Shown: positions 1-8,578 of the stretch, piece by piece | Layout: every line of letters starts with the position of its first letter | How positions within the stretch are numbered: position 1 is the stretch's first letter | IMG/VR virus record: IMGVR_UViG_3300037991_001833 | Location: 1 to 35,689 of that record | From: a virus | Lineage: Duplodnaviria; Caudoviricetes | Direction: 5' to 3' (one strand) | DNA length: 35,689 nucleotides | Position numbers and translations under genes: made by a program | The notes under the pieces: model-generated | Told to the model about the DNA's origin: nothing | The model's input: the letters and a program-made list of their open reading frames with translations, nothing else | Database searches by the model: none

Positions 1-401
1 CCTCCTGAGATAACAGTAGTCTGACCACCAAGTACAGGGAGACTTGCTATACCGCTTGATGGAGTGATTGCAGATTGTGTTACGTCACCAGCTTGATAAC
101 TCTCCGATAGTGAAAACGCTGATCCAGCCGTTGTAACCGATTTATTTGTATTAACTAAAGCTGGTACTCCATTACTTAAGCTACCAAGATTTAATCCACC
201 TATCCCATTTGTAACCACACTGTCCCCTGTTCCTGTTGAAGTTGTTATATTGTTTCCGCTTATGCTGTAACTCGATGGTGCAGCATTTGTAATCACATAA
301 GGTGAGTCAATAGAAATTTGTGCAGAAGTTACAAATTCCTGTTTGATATTAGCGTAAGCAGGTGTTATTGCTAATAGTAAAAGTGGGATTAGTTTTTTCA
401 T
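1..401 (-). CDS. Exported protein with Sec signal peptide, Ser/Thr/Gly-rich (3' end beyond window)
   Basis: Not in ORF track; hand-translated MKKLIPLLLLAITPAYA|NIKQEFVTSAQISIDSP..., open to base 1; ATGA overlap with stop of 398..808; AYA signal peptidase site. Confidence 0.8.
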   Translation of the reverse strand, partial: MKKLIPLLLLAITPAYANIKQEFVTSAQISIDSPYVITNAAPSSYSISGNNITTSTGTGDSVVTNGIGGLNLGSLSNGVPALVNTNKSVTTAGSAFSLSESYQAGDVTQSAITPSSGIASLPVLGGQTTVISG

Positions 402-808
402 TTTTTAGGTGGTGTACGGTCACGATTAACAACTTCCGCACCAAGAATCTTGATGGGTGTTTCTATTCTAATTGTTTGATAGCTTCCTGACTGTGATGCT
501 AGTAACGCTTCTACTTCTTTTTTGTTTAATGGTTTATCTTCTGGCTTGTATGTCCCATCACCTCTTTTCTTAGCACCTTCCAATCCGAAACTGGCAAGTG
601 CCCCCGTTAGCAAGCTGGCAGGAAACGTGATGTCCTTGGGTTCATTACTATATCCTGGGATTGATATATAGTTTAGAGAAACTATGAACCCACTCCAAGC
701 AACAACGACAAGTCTTACTACGACTGAGATAAAAGCTAATTGCTCTTCCTTGTCAGTAATGTTTTCCTTGAGTTTTTGGAGAGGACCTTTTTTGACTTCT
801 TCTGCCAT
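398..808 (-). CDS. Membrane protein, 1-2 TM helices, function unknown
   Basis: Hydrophobic LAFISVVVRLVVVAWSGFIVSLNYI and ITFPASLLTGALASFGL segments. Confidence 0.75.
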   Translation of the reverse strand: MAEEVKKGPLQKLKENITDKEEQLAFISVVVRLVVVAWSGFIVSLNYISIPGYSNEPKDITFPASLLTGALASFGLEGAKKRGDGTYKPEDKPLNKKEVEALLASQSGSYQTIRIETPIKILGAEVVNRDRTPPKK

Positions 809-854
809 AACTAGGTTTTATTAGTCATACTATACATAAATATAGCTTAAATCA

Positions 855-1016
855 ATGCCAGAGGTATATGGAGCGTTAATAGGAGCAGCAGCCACCGCTT
901 TTCTTATGGTGTTATCCAACATGAGTAACCGAAGAGAGCGTGATATTCGAGAATTATTTAACAGAGTAAATCAGTTAGAAAGAGCCGTAAGTCGTATAGA
1001 AGGTCAGAATCGTTAA
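855..1016 (+). CDS. Small single-TM plus coiled-coil protein (holin-like)
   Basis: Hand-translated MPEVYGALIGAAATAFLMVLSNMSNRRERDIRELFNRVNQLERAVSRIEGQNR, 53 aa. Confidence 0.7.
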   Translation: MPEVYGALIGAAATAFLMVLSNMSNRRERDIRELFNRVNQLERAVSRIEGQNR

Positions 1017-1052
1017 TCTTTGGTATGTTTGAGATATAACATATATCTTTTT

Positions 1053-1214
1053 ATGTACAAAATTTTAAAACCAATCTTGATGACGTTTTTAACAACGACT
1101 GCTGTTAAAAGATTAGTTATAGATTTATTGAAGTCAATCGCAAAGCAAACTACAAATACTTTGGATGATAAAGCGGTTGCGATTTTAGAAAAGCAACTTT
1201 TTCCTCCAGCATGA
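1053..1214 (+). CDS. Small amphipathic cyanophage-type protein, possibly lysis-related
   Basis: MYKILKPILMTFL...LVIDLLKSIAKQTTNTLDDKAV resembles a small family seen in cyanophages; ATG 1053 preferred over TTG 1020. Confidence 0.7.
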   Translation: MYKILKPILMTFLTTTAVKRLVIDLLKSIAKQTTNTLDDKAVAILEKQLFPPA

Positions 1215-1486
1215 AAATCACTAAATTTCTCAACATTGACATCGAACCAGCACCTCCAGAGTTGGAGTTAGAGATTGAGATGCAATGTAGAGAGATTATG
1301 AAGAGTAATGATTTGGATAATATAAAAAGATATTGCACTCATATGGTTAGAAAGAAATTTGACCAAGATATATTTATGGCTTCTTTGTTGAATAGGCTTA
1401 TAGAATTAGAAGCTAATCGTGTTGTAGGAGAGATGCGAAAGGTAAAACCTAAGAATCCTTTAAAAAAGTGGTTTCGTATTCGTTAA
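1211..1486 (+). CDS. Hypothetical protein
   Basis: ATGA-coupled to upstream ORF; 91 aa. Confidence 0.7.
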   Translation: MKITKFLNIDIEPAPPELELEIEMQCREIMKSNDLDNIKRYCTHMVRKKFDQDIFMASLLNRLIELEANRVVGEMRKVKPKNPLKKWFRIR

Positions 1487-1733
1487 GCTCTTTATCGGTA
1501 AAATCTTTTACAAATAATTTATCAATTTTATCTATTTCATAATTAAATTTAAGAATTGCTGTTTTAATATGTTCTGTAATCCATCCACCTTGTCTTGAAA
1601 CAACTTGAGCTTTGTTTCTTTCGTTAATAAAAATATAGTGATCGTAACCTTTAAGTTCTATATCTAAAAGATTTTTTTCAAGATTTTTACGTCTTATTTC
1701 TTTTAACCGTCTTAGTTTTATTGAATCACTCAT
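1449..1733 (-). CDS. Hypothetical protein
   Basis: Start overlaps end of 1726..2022; 94 aa. Confidence 0.65.
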   Translation of the reverse strand: MSDSIKLRRLKEIRRKNLEKNLLDIELKGYDHYIFINERNKAQVVSRQGGWITEHIKTAILKFNYEIDKIDKLFVKDFTDKELNEYETTFLKDS

Positions 1734-2022
1734 TTGTTTCTTTGTTTTTGATTGAATTAAGAATCCTAGAAAGTGCTCTACCTTGTAATCGGTTTTGAAT
1801 CGCTCTATTCCAGTTTTCTTGATCTTTTTTCAATGCTTCATCATACACTTCTTTTTGAATCTTGTCTTGTAAGAATTTATAAACTGCATCTCTTATCCAA
1901 GAAGTAGGTTTAATTTTTAATTTCGTACGAATATATTCATCAAACAGTTCACCTCTGTTTATATCTATAAGAACGTGATAATATTTCTTGTTTCCTCTAG
2001 GATTTTTACCAGACTGAGCCAT
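1726..2022 (-). CDS. Putative ribbon-helix-helix DNA-binding protein
   Basis: YYHVLID strand followed by two helices (ELFDEYIRTK, PTSWIRDAVYKFL). Confidence 0.55.
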   Translation of the reverse strand: MAQSGKNPRGNKKYYHVLIDINRGELFDEYIRTKLKIKPTSWIRDAVYKFLQDKIQKEVYDEALKKDQENWNRAIQNRLQGRALSRILNSIKNKETNE

Positions 2023-2062
2023 AAATATCTTTTTAGAATTATATTATCACATTCTCATTGTA

Positions 2063-2149
2063 TTAACTTTTTGTTTGCCAAGCTTTAATTAATCGTTCCA
2101 ATTCAGCAATTCGTTGTTTTGCAGCTTCGATTCTCTGTTGAGTTGTCAT
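2063..2149 (-). CDS. Tiny coiled-coil peptide, 28 aa
   Basis: Hand-translated MTTQQRIEAAKQRIAELERLIKAWQTKS. Confidence 0.55.
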   Translation of the reverse strand: MTTQQRIEAAKQRIAELERLIKAWQTKS

Positions 2150-2204
2150 AGATTCAGATTCTAATAGTGTTATTTAGTGTTTTCTCTGGGGAGAGTGGCT
2201 GAAA

Positions 2205-2374
2205 TTGTCCCATTCTCTATAATCACGCTCCACGACATTGATTTGGTATGGGACAAGGGTATGGGACAAGTAAAGTTGTCTCACGTTCCAATTATAATGG
2301 GACAATCTATCTTGTCTCACGTAGTTGTCCCACTGAAATCTATTGGTACGACTAAGATTCTTCTAATGGGACAA
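2205..2374. repeat. Symmetric array of eight TG(G/A)GACAA iterons; putative replication origin
   Basis: Copies at 2205(-), 2249(+), 2262(+), 2276(-), 2298(+), 2312(-), 2325(-), 2367(+); includes tandem GGTATGGGACAAG x2 at 2245-2270; lies at the 3' end of the primase-helicase gene. Confidence 0.8.
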
Positions 2375-4484
2375 GATATGCACCCTCTCCCCGTGCGAGG
2401 ACTGCTCTATAAGACTTATTAGAATTATCATCTTCTATAAGTTCAATAAGACCTTTTTTAATTAATCTTTGGAACGATTTTCTTATCGCAGCATCTTTAC
2501 CATCAACCATTGGATCGTGAATCATTTGATTTATGGTATAAGTCTCAGGATGAATCTTTCTTAGCTTCTGAAGAACTTTATCTTGAACAGTTGTAGGAGA
2601 ACCAGAATCAGCAGAAACTTCAGGAGTGTAATCAGCGATAGCAAAGGTAAGATCATCTTTCATCTTCATTATCATTTGAGTACCCATTCTTCCAGACCTA
2701 GATTTCTCGATAGTAATAAATCTGCTATTACGACCAACCTTGTTTATTTGTTCTTGGGTCGGTTTAGATAATTTCCAAGTTTCATCAACAGCATCTCTGA
2801 TGGCTGAAGTTCCTCTAAATCCACCATTCTTATTAGCGTGATGAATTATAAGGATTGTAGTCCTTGGAAAGAGAACCCCGTTATTTCTAGTTAGCCAATA
2901 TAAAGGTTGAGCAAAGTCTGATTTGTTTTCATCAAAAGCTCTACCACCACTACAACCAATCAAAGAGTCAATAACAACTAACTTTGGTGTATAGGTTTGC
3001 ATTAACTTAATAAACTGAGCATATCTCTGTAACTGCCAATCAGTCTGAATTTTTACGTTGCTTTCAATAGGAAAGTTAACTTCTTCTAACTGTTCTTTTA
3101 GTTGAGATAATGGTTGATCGCCATTCAGTAGTAAAACATTTCCTTGATCTACAGGAACTTTACTACCTCTAACTAAGAAAGGATCTCCAGTAGCAATATG
3201 TTTTGCCATAGTCCAAGCACTCATGGATTTACCATCTCCACCAGCACCATATATAAGAACAACTGAAGGAGTAGGAAGAATGTCAGGTATCAAGTATTCC
3301 CTCTGAATGTCTAATGCAAAAAGATCAGCTATATCAAGAATACCTTTTTGACTTTCATATTGAATCTGATCGACAATAAGTTTTTCTAATGCTGATTGAT
3401 CTCTATAGCCAGCTTTCAATGCCAAAGTATTTAACTTGTAGTTCATCTCAGCAGGGTTATCCAAGTCAAGGATATTTTTGGCACGTTTAATTACATCACC
3501 AAAATCAAGAGTTGATGTTCTAACTTCCTGAACTTTCTTTTCTTCAGCTTCTTTGACGATCTTTTTATTTTCAGCAGAGAATCTATGTCTTTCAGGATCT
3601 TCCCTATCAGCTAACCAGATAAGAGTACCTAATCCGATACCGCCACTTTTGAATGAATACCAAGCAGTTGTGCAAGGAGTGTCATAATCTCCTGCATCTT
3701 CCCATTCAGCAGCAAAGTCAGGATCTTGAGCAGACCAGAATGACCATAAAGATAAACCAAGATCATTAGGTAAAGCAGAATGTATAGCCATTCCAACTCT
3801 TACCCAATGCTCTCTGCTACCTAAACCCTGATGAGAAATAACTGATAAGCAATCATGGATAATCTGAGCAATCTCATCTTCTGTTCTATCGCTAAAATCT
3901 AAATCCTTCTTATTTTGTACAGGTTTTGGAGGAGCTTTCATCTCAGCCAATAACCAAGCAGGAGCTACAGGTATTTTTGAAAGATTACCAGTTAATGTAT
4001 AGAACCCTTCTTCTGAACTATGTCCACCTGGGTAAGCACCAAAGATAACACCCTGCCTTCTTCCCCAAAGTATTTCATAATTACCACCTTCTTCTTTACG
4101 AAGCCCATGACCCTTTACTTCACCCCATAGAGCTTCTGGAACGCTAAAGATATACTTTGCTGCATCTTTTTTAGTAGAAGTTATCTTAGGAGCACCTACA
4201 AGTGTCTCAGACCATTTTCTTTTCAATGCTGCATGGTCTTTATCAATATCTAGGATTACGATACCTTTACCTCTGATTCCTGTATAAAGTCCAACTGCTT
4301 GTAGATCAGGATTCTTTTCAATAGCAAGTTCTACGTCATGCTTATCAAAATCTCTTTCCCATGATTCTTCTAATGGGTTTTTACCAGTAGCCTTACGGCC
4401 TGATTTCATCAGTGCATCTTTTTTATAGATAGGTGCATAAACTAAGTTCTCAGGAAGAGTCTTGACGAAACTAATAATTGTCAT
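2352..4484 (-). CDS. Primase-polymerase (AEP Prim-Pol) + PriCT-2 + RecA-fold AAA_25 helicase, probable C-terminal winged helix
   Basis: GKNP, VILDID, GVIFGAYP Prim-Pol motifs; REHWVRVGMAIH...WS PriCT-2; Walker A GAGGDGKS, Walker B LVVIDS, IIHHANK, RGTSA. Confidence 0.9.
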   Translation of the reverse strand: MTIISFVKTLPENLVYAPIYKKDALMKSGRKATGKNPLEESWERDFDKHDVELAIEKNPDLQAVGLYTGIRGKGIVILDIDKDHAALKRKWSETLVGAPKITSTKKDAAKYIFSVPEALWGEVKGHGLRKEEGGNYEILWGRRQGVIFGAYPGGHSSEEGFYTLTGNLSKIPVAPAWLLAEMKAPPKPVQNKKDLDFSDRTEDEIAQIIHDCLSVISHQGLGSREHWVRVGMAIHSALPNDLGLSLWSFWSAQDPDFAAEWEDAGDYDTPCTTAWYSFKSGGIGLGTLIWLADREDPERHRFSAENKKIVKEAEEKKVQEVRTSTLDFGDVIKRAKNILDLDNPAEMNYKLNTLALKAGYRDQSALEKLIVDQIQYESQKGILDIADLFALDIQREYLIPDILPTPSVVLIYGAGGDGKSMSAWTMAKHIATGDPFLVRGSKVPVDQGNVLLLNGDQPLSQLKEQLEEVNFPIESNVKIQTDWQLQRYAQFIKLMQTYTPKLVVIDSLIGCSGGRAFDENKSDFAQPLYWLTRNNGVLFPRTTILIIHHANKNGGFRGTSAIRDAVDETWKLSKPTQEQINKVGRNSRFITIEKSRSGRMGTQMIMKMKDDLTFAIADYTPEVSADSGSPTTVQDKVLQKLRKIHPETYTINQMIHDPMVDGKDAAIRKSFQRLIKKGLIELIEDDNSNKSYRAVLARGEGAYLVPLEES

Positions 4485-4507
4485 GTATCATTCTATTAGG
4501 ATAAGTG

Positions 4508-4557
4508 AAAGCCTCCGTTTTCTGGTTTGCAATTCGCCAGACTTCGGAGGTTTTTTC
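4508..4557. promoter_or_regulatory. Hairpin in primase 5' leader; terminator-like on + strand
   Basis: CCTCCG..TCTGG-loop-CCAGA..CGGAGG followed by T6. Confidence 0.6.
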
Positions 4558-4597
4558 ATTTTAGGCTATTTACAATTAAGGGTCAAGCTATTAGAAT
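4558..4597. promoter_or_regulatory. Overlapping divergent sigma70-type promoters (primase and SSB-like gene)
   Basis: Minus: TTGACC(4586-4581)-N17-TAAAAT(4563-4558). Plus: TTTACA(4569)-N17-TAGAAT(4592). Confidence 0.65.
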
Positions 4598-4657
4598 GAG
4601 ATTGTGCAAATATATTTTGCCCATTGATTACAAACGCTATTTAACAATTTCACTCTT

Positions 4658-5260
4658 ATGAAATTTTCAGCCACTTTTGAAGAAAAAGTCAAAAAAGCAG
4701 AAGAGCAGGGGGATCGCCCACTTGTTTCTTCATATTTAAACCCATCAAAAGTAGACCCAAAAGAACCCGTTTCTTTCGCATTATTGGAAGAAGATCCCCT
4801 AATCTTTTGGAAAATCTACGGAGAGTCTGTTCACGGAGAGAAAGGTAAGTCTTTCAGATTTATCGAAAAGCCTTCCGAAGAAGAGATCCTTACTGAAATG
4901 GGTGGTTCTTATACAAGAGGAACAAAATTCCAAAGTACAGAACCAGCAGAAGCAAAAGAAACATACGTTTGGCCTATCTACGATTACAAGAACAAAATGG
5001 TTCGGATCTTAGAAGCAGACCAATATCAAATTCTTAGCAAGATTAGAAAACTATCTTTAAACAGAAAGTATAAAAATCTAATGGCATGGGATTTATCTCT
5101 TTCATTAGATAGAGAGGGTGGTCGTTGGAACTATGACGTTCAAATAGAGCCACAAGATGAAGACGATCAACCAGAGTTGGAAGCAGCATGGGAGAAAGTT
5201 AAGTCAAAAGGTTTCGATTTAAAGAAACTTTTATCCTATGAAGATCCTTTCGGGGGATAA
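4658..5260 (+). CDS. Putative single-stranded DNA-binding protein
   Basis: Position in replication module; aromatic beta-rich core (WPIYDY, VRILE, WDLSL); acidic C-terminus ending YEDPFGG. Confidence 0.55.
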   Translation: MKFSATFEEKVKKAEEQGDRPLVSSYLNPSKVDPKEPVSFALLEEDPLIFWKIYGESVHGEKGKSFRFIEKPSEEEILTEMGGSYTRGTKFQSTEPAEAKETYVWPIYDYKNKMVRILEADQYQILSKIRKLSLNRKYKNLMAWDLSLSLDREGGRWNYDVQIEPQDEDDQPELEAAWEKVKSKGFDLKKLLSYEDPFGG

Positions 5261-5283
5261 TAATAAAGGGAAAATCTGAGGTT

Positions 5284-5313
5284 ACTGCCAGTTTAATCGC
5301 TGGCAGTTTTTTT
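5284..5313 (+). terminator. Rho-independent terminator
   Basis: ACTGCCAG-tttaatcg-CTGGCAGT followed by T run. Confidence 0.85.
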
Positions 5314-5327
5314 ATGTAAAGATATAG

Positions 5328-5356
5328 TTGTCAGGGTGCTATATGTATGCAATAAT
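5328..5356 (+). promoter_or_regulatory. Putative promoter
   Basis: TTGTCA-N17-AATAAT with extended TG, directly after terminator. Confidence 0.45.
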
Positions 5357-5379
5357 GATGGTACAGTTATGATTTTGCA

Positions 5380-5670
5380 ATGTCTAATCAATCCGATGCT
5401 AATTCTTTACAGAGAATTACCATTCAAATTACTAAATCTCAGCATGATTTACTAAAAAAATATGCTCGCCCTGGTACTTCAGTTTCTTCAATGATTAGAA
5501 GAGCTATTGATGATATGTTTCAGCCAGTAAGAGAACAGGCAATCGAAAATGCTAAATATGAAAAGTGGGAAAGAGAAGCTATAGCTAATAAACAAATTAT
5601 GCCTGAAGCTCCTGAAATGGAATTATGGAAAGATTTACAACCAAAACAAACAACAAATGCAGCGTCTTAG
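5380..5670 (+). CDS. CopG/RHH-family transcriptional regulator
   Basis: QRITIQITKSQHDLLKKYARPGTSVSSMIRRAIDDM fits the RHH pattern. Confidence 0.75.
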   Translation: MSNQSDANSLQRITIQITKSQHDLLKKYARPGTSVSSMIRRAIDDMFQPVREQAIENAKYEKWEREAIANKQIMPEAPEMELWKDLQPKQTTNAAS

Positions 5671-5944
5671 TTTTTTAAACCTTCAAAGTTACATTCAAGA
5701 AAAAGGATTTATAGTTTTAGGCCATTGTTATAAATGCGATAAGGTCAGTTATAAATCAGAAGAAGAAGCAAAAATCATTGCAGCAGAAATGTGCAAGAAA
5801 GGAAAAGGTCATTCATATGCTTATGAGTGTCCTAAAGGAAATGGTTGGCACTTAACCTCAAGAAAACCCAAAAGTCATAACGTGCTTAAGTTCAGAAGAA
5901 AAAGCCATTCATATAGAAACAAAAAAGGTTGGCAAGCAGTATGA
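5657..5944 (+). CDS. Small zinc-finger phage protein
   Basis: C..KVSY.SEEEA...YECP....WHLTS motif. Confidence 0.75.
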   Translation: MQRLSFLNLQSYIQEKGFIVLGHCYKCDKVSYKSEEEAKIIAAEMCKKGKGHSYAYECPKGNGWHLTSRKPKSHNVLKFRRKSHSYRNKKGWQAV

Positions 5945-6126
5945 GCATTTATTTCAGGTCATCAATGGGAATAGATTTTCCAAAAGCTCCATATATAGGT
6001 CAGGTTCATTACGACTTTGACCTAAAAAGGACTTTCAGATATGAAGAAAAAGATTTTGGAGATTGTATTTTAAAATCAACAATAGATTGGTTTCATTGGG
6101 TCGATATAACTGAGAAAGATTTATGA
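5941..6126 (+). CDS. Hypothetical protein with FPxxPYxGQVxY motif
   Basis: ATGA coupling at 5941; similar to ORF 8028..8192. Confidence 0.7.
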   Translation: MSIYFRSSMGIDFPKAPYIGQVHYDFDLKRTFRYEEKDFGDCILKSTIDWFHWVDITEKDL

Positions 6127-6680
6127 ACATTCAGGATAATTGTGCTGACATTCCTGAGAAACCAACGGAAAATAATTTCGGCCTTTTATTATCTAAAAAA
6201 TATAGAGCTAAAATATCTGAAAGATATAGTAATTTTTTCTATAAAAAGTTTTTTAAAAGAATACCAAATAAATATGTTTTAAAATTTGATGCTTATTCAG
6301 ATTTAGAAATCATTCAATATGCTTTAAATTGCCTTGAATCTGGAGAAATTAAATCTAGATCAGATTTACCGATAGAAAATATTGAAAAATTAAAGGAAAA
6401 TATAGATTCTCAACTTAGTGAATATCGTAAACTAACTTTAAATAGTTGGGTTTCAACTGCTGACATGGCAGAGTGTCTTGGAGTTACAGAAAAGCAACTT
6501 TTAGAATGGAGAAAACAAGGCTATCGACCTTTGGATAATAAGAAAAACAAGAAATTAGCTTTAAGAGAAGGAATTACTTGGAGGTTAAAAAAAGGGCATA
6601 CCAGAACTTACGAATGGAACTTTACTCATACAGCGTATTGTGATGATGTCTTTTGGAGTGATAAGGCTTACTTCGATTAA
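6123..6680 (+). CDS. Protein with C-terminal excisionase/MerR-like HTH
   Basis: WVSTADMAECLGVTEKQLLEWRK...LREGITWR. Confidence 0.65.
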   Translation: MNIQDNCADIPEKPTENNFGLLLSKKYRAKISERYSNFFYKKFFKRIPNKYVLKFDAYSDLEIIQYALNCLESGEIKSRSDLPIENIEKLKENIDSQLSEYRKLTLNSWVSTADMAECLGVTEKQLLEWRKQGYRPLDNKKNKKLALREGITWRLKKGHTRTYEWNFTHTAYCDDVFWSDKAYFD

Positions 6681-6853
6681 ATTTTGTACTTAACGAAATG
6701 AAACATTTAATTTAGCCCTAATTTCTGGTGAATATATATTTAGGTACAGAAAAAATTCATAACTTTTATTGTAATACGGCAGATTACAGTCATAGTAAGA
6801 AAATTGAGTGAAAAATTAGCTGCTATATTGAATTTACATTTAGTTGAATCACT

Positions 6854-7120
6854 ATGATTAATTTAATGAAGCATATATTATTCTACCCAAATGTAGAAAG
6901 TATATTACCTCGATCTTCAACAGAAGAAGCTCTTAAAAGAGTAGAAACATATTTACCAAGAACTAAATTAGAAAGTTTTGATAATTTAGTCGCAATATTT
7001 TGGGAATTTGTAACTGGAGAAATAGTAGAAGAACATAAATTTAGATATTCTCATATATGGATAGATGCTTTAGTAATACTTGCAATTAGATTTAGACCCT
7101 ATTATTTTTATGATGAATAA
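6854..7120 (+). CDS. Hypothetical protein
   Basis: 88-aa ORF in a very AT-rich segment. Confidence 0.55.
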   Translation: MINLMKHILFYPNVESILPRSSTEEALKRVETYLPRTKLESFDNLVAIFWEFVTGEIVEEHKFRYSHIWIDALVILAIRFRPYYFYDE

Positions 7121-8031
7121 TGACAATCTTGCAATTCAGAAGGAAAGCGGATAAAGTTAGAAGAAATCCTTATAAACAAATGACTCTTGCCTTACCTCAA
7201 GATACGGATAGGCAAAACTTATTAGCTGGATTACGTCATTCATCTTTGGTGCGTGACGACTCAGGAAAGCACCGAGTTTATAGAGATGAAGAAGAAAGAG
7301 AATATCATTCAGTAACTTCGATATTAAAACACACTGCACCTGCGGAACAAAAAGCAGCATTAATGAAATGGGCTAAACGCCCAGGTAATTTAGAACAGAG
7401 AGATATGGCCTGTAGTATTGGTACAGCAGTCCATTCATATTGCGAGAAAATATTAAAAACTGCGTCTATAATGGCAATAAATTCAGCAAACAAAAGGAAT
7501 GGTTGGAAAACTTATGAAGATGGTTTGGCACGACCTAGCCAAGCAATTACAACATGGGCATTACAAAACGCCATTCATGGTAAAAATAAAATCCCAGAAC
7601 AATGGGCGTGTAGTGAGTACACCCGAAATATACAACCTTTTTTAGAAGATATAAAAGCCATTCATCTTAGTGAATTTAATGTAAACCATTCATCAGGATA
7701 TGCTGGTCAATGTGACGCTTTAATAGATACAGAAAACCCTGACGGCCATTCAGAATTAACAATAGTAGATTTCAAAACATACGGAAAAGATACTGATAAA
7801 CCAGAAAAATATTTACAGGATCACTTATTACAAATAGGAGCGTATAACGAGGGATTGTACGAAAAAACTGGAGTGCGAGCGAAAAGAGGATTAATATGTA
7901 TAATAAGAAAGAACGGATTACAACTTCGGTGGGTAACTGCTATGGAGTTGATAGGTTGTGGTGCGTTATTTAAGGAAAAGGTAGCAGAGTTTCAAGATAT
8001 GGTAAAGAACGATCAATTAGTAGCAGCTTAG
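7120..8031 (+). CDS. PD-(D/E)XK exonuclease (MGME1/Cas4-like superfamily); true start may be ATG 7180
   Basis: YHSVTSIL, GTAVH, AGQCDAL, IVDFKT, LQIGAY motifs; promoter-like TTGCAA-N17-TAAAGT at 7129-7157 favours start 7180. Confidence 0.85.
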   Translation: MTILQFRRKADKVRRNPYKQMTLALPQDTDRQNLLAGLRHSSLVRDDSGKHRVYRDEEEREYHSVTSILKHTAPAEQKAALMKWAKRPGNLEQRDMACSIGTAVHSYCEKILKTASIMAINSANKRNGWKTYEDGLARPSQAITTWALQNAIHGKNKIPEQWACSEYTRNIQPFLEDIKAIHLSEFNVNHSSGYAGQCDALIDTENPDGHSELTIVDFKTYGKDTDKPEKYLQDHLLQIGAYNEGLYEKTGVRAKRGLICIIRKNGLQLRWVTAMELIGCGALFKEKVAEFQDMVKNDQLVAA

Positions 8032-8192
8032 TAAGGTTTAGAAAAATCTTGATGAGTAATCATAAGCCATTGTCCTTCGCCTGTTTTTTTTGAAGGAGCG
8101 ATATAAGTAAAGGTATCTTCAGTAGGAGGATAATAGAAAACTTGTCCATCATAAGGATTGTCAGGAAAGTTAATCCAGTTGTTGTTGGGCAT
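8028..8192 (-). CDS. Hypothetical protein with FPxxPYxGQVxY motif
   Basis: Hand-translated MPNNNWINFPDNPYDGQVFYYPPTEDTFTYIAPSKKTGEGQWLMITHQDFSKPY. Confidence 0.7.
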   Translation of the reverse strand: MPNNNWINFPDNPYDGQVFYYPPTEDTFTYIAPSKKTGEGQWLMITHQDFSKPY

Positions 8193-8379
8193 CATCAATC
8201 TTATGTTGTTTTTTAGCGACTTCGCTATTAATGGTTTGAGCTAATATATATGGCTCATATTTTAAGTCTAGGTCAAGAGACTCTCTGGCATATTGAAAGT
8301 CATCAATATTACCAGAAAGATAGTCCTGATCTAGTGCGGAACGTTTGATTTGATATTCGTAGTATTTACCTTTAGGCAT
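8170..8379 (-). CDS. Hypothetical early protein
   Basis: Tightly packed in leftward operon. Confidence 0.7.
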   Translation of the reverse strand: MPKGKYYEYQIKRSALDQDYLSGNIDDFQYARESLDLDLKYEPYILAQTINSEVAKKQHKIDDAQQQLD

Positions 8380-8383
8380 AATC

Positions 8384-8578
8384 TTATAGTTTTGAATGTT
8401 TACCTTTTTCTATGAACCAATCGTATTTATCTATCATAGCTTTACAGTTTTGACAGCCAAGTGCTGACCAAGAAAGATGATAGATAGTTTTGATTGAGTT
8501 ACACTCAGGACATTTTATTAATGCACCTGAGTATCTTTTACACCTAGAGTAACGTGTCATTGGAACGAAGTTAGTCAT
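8384..8578 (-). CDS. Zinc-ribbon protein
   Basis: CPEC...CQNC; YHLSWSAL. Confidence 0.75.
   Translation of the reverse strand: MTNFVPMTRYSRCKRYSGALIKCPECNSIKTIYHLSWSALGCQNCKAMIDKYDWFIEKGKHSKL

Noticed and set aside
2205-2374. Possible CRISPR mini-array, given a Cas4-like nuclease elsewhere
   Set aside because: Repeats are 8-13 bp, in both orientations, irregularly spaced; no cas genes
2177-2422. 81-aa plus-strand ORF with repeated MGQ/LSH
   Set aside because: The peptide repeats are translations of the iterons, and it overlaps the primase gene antisense
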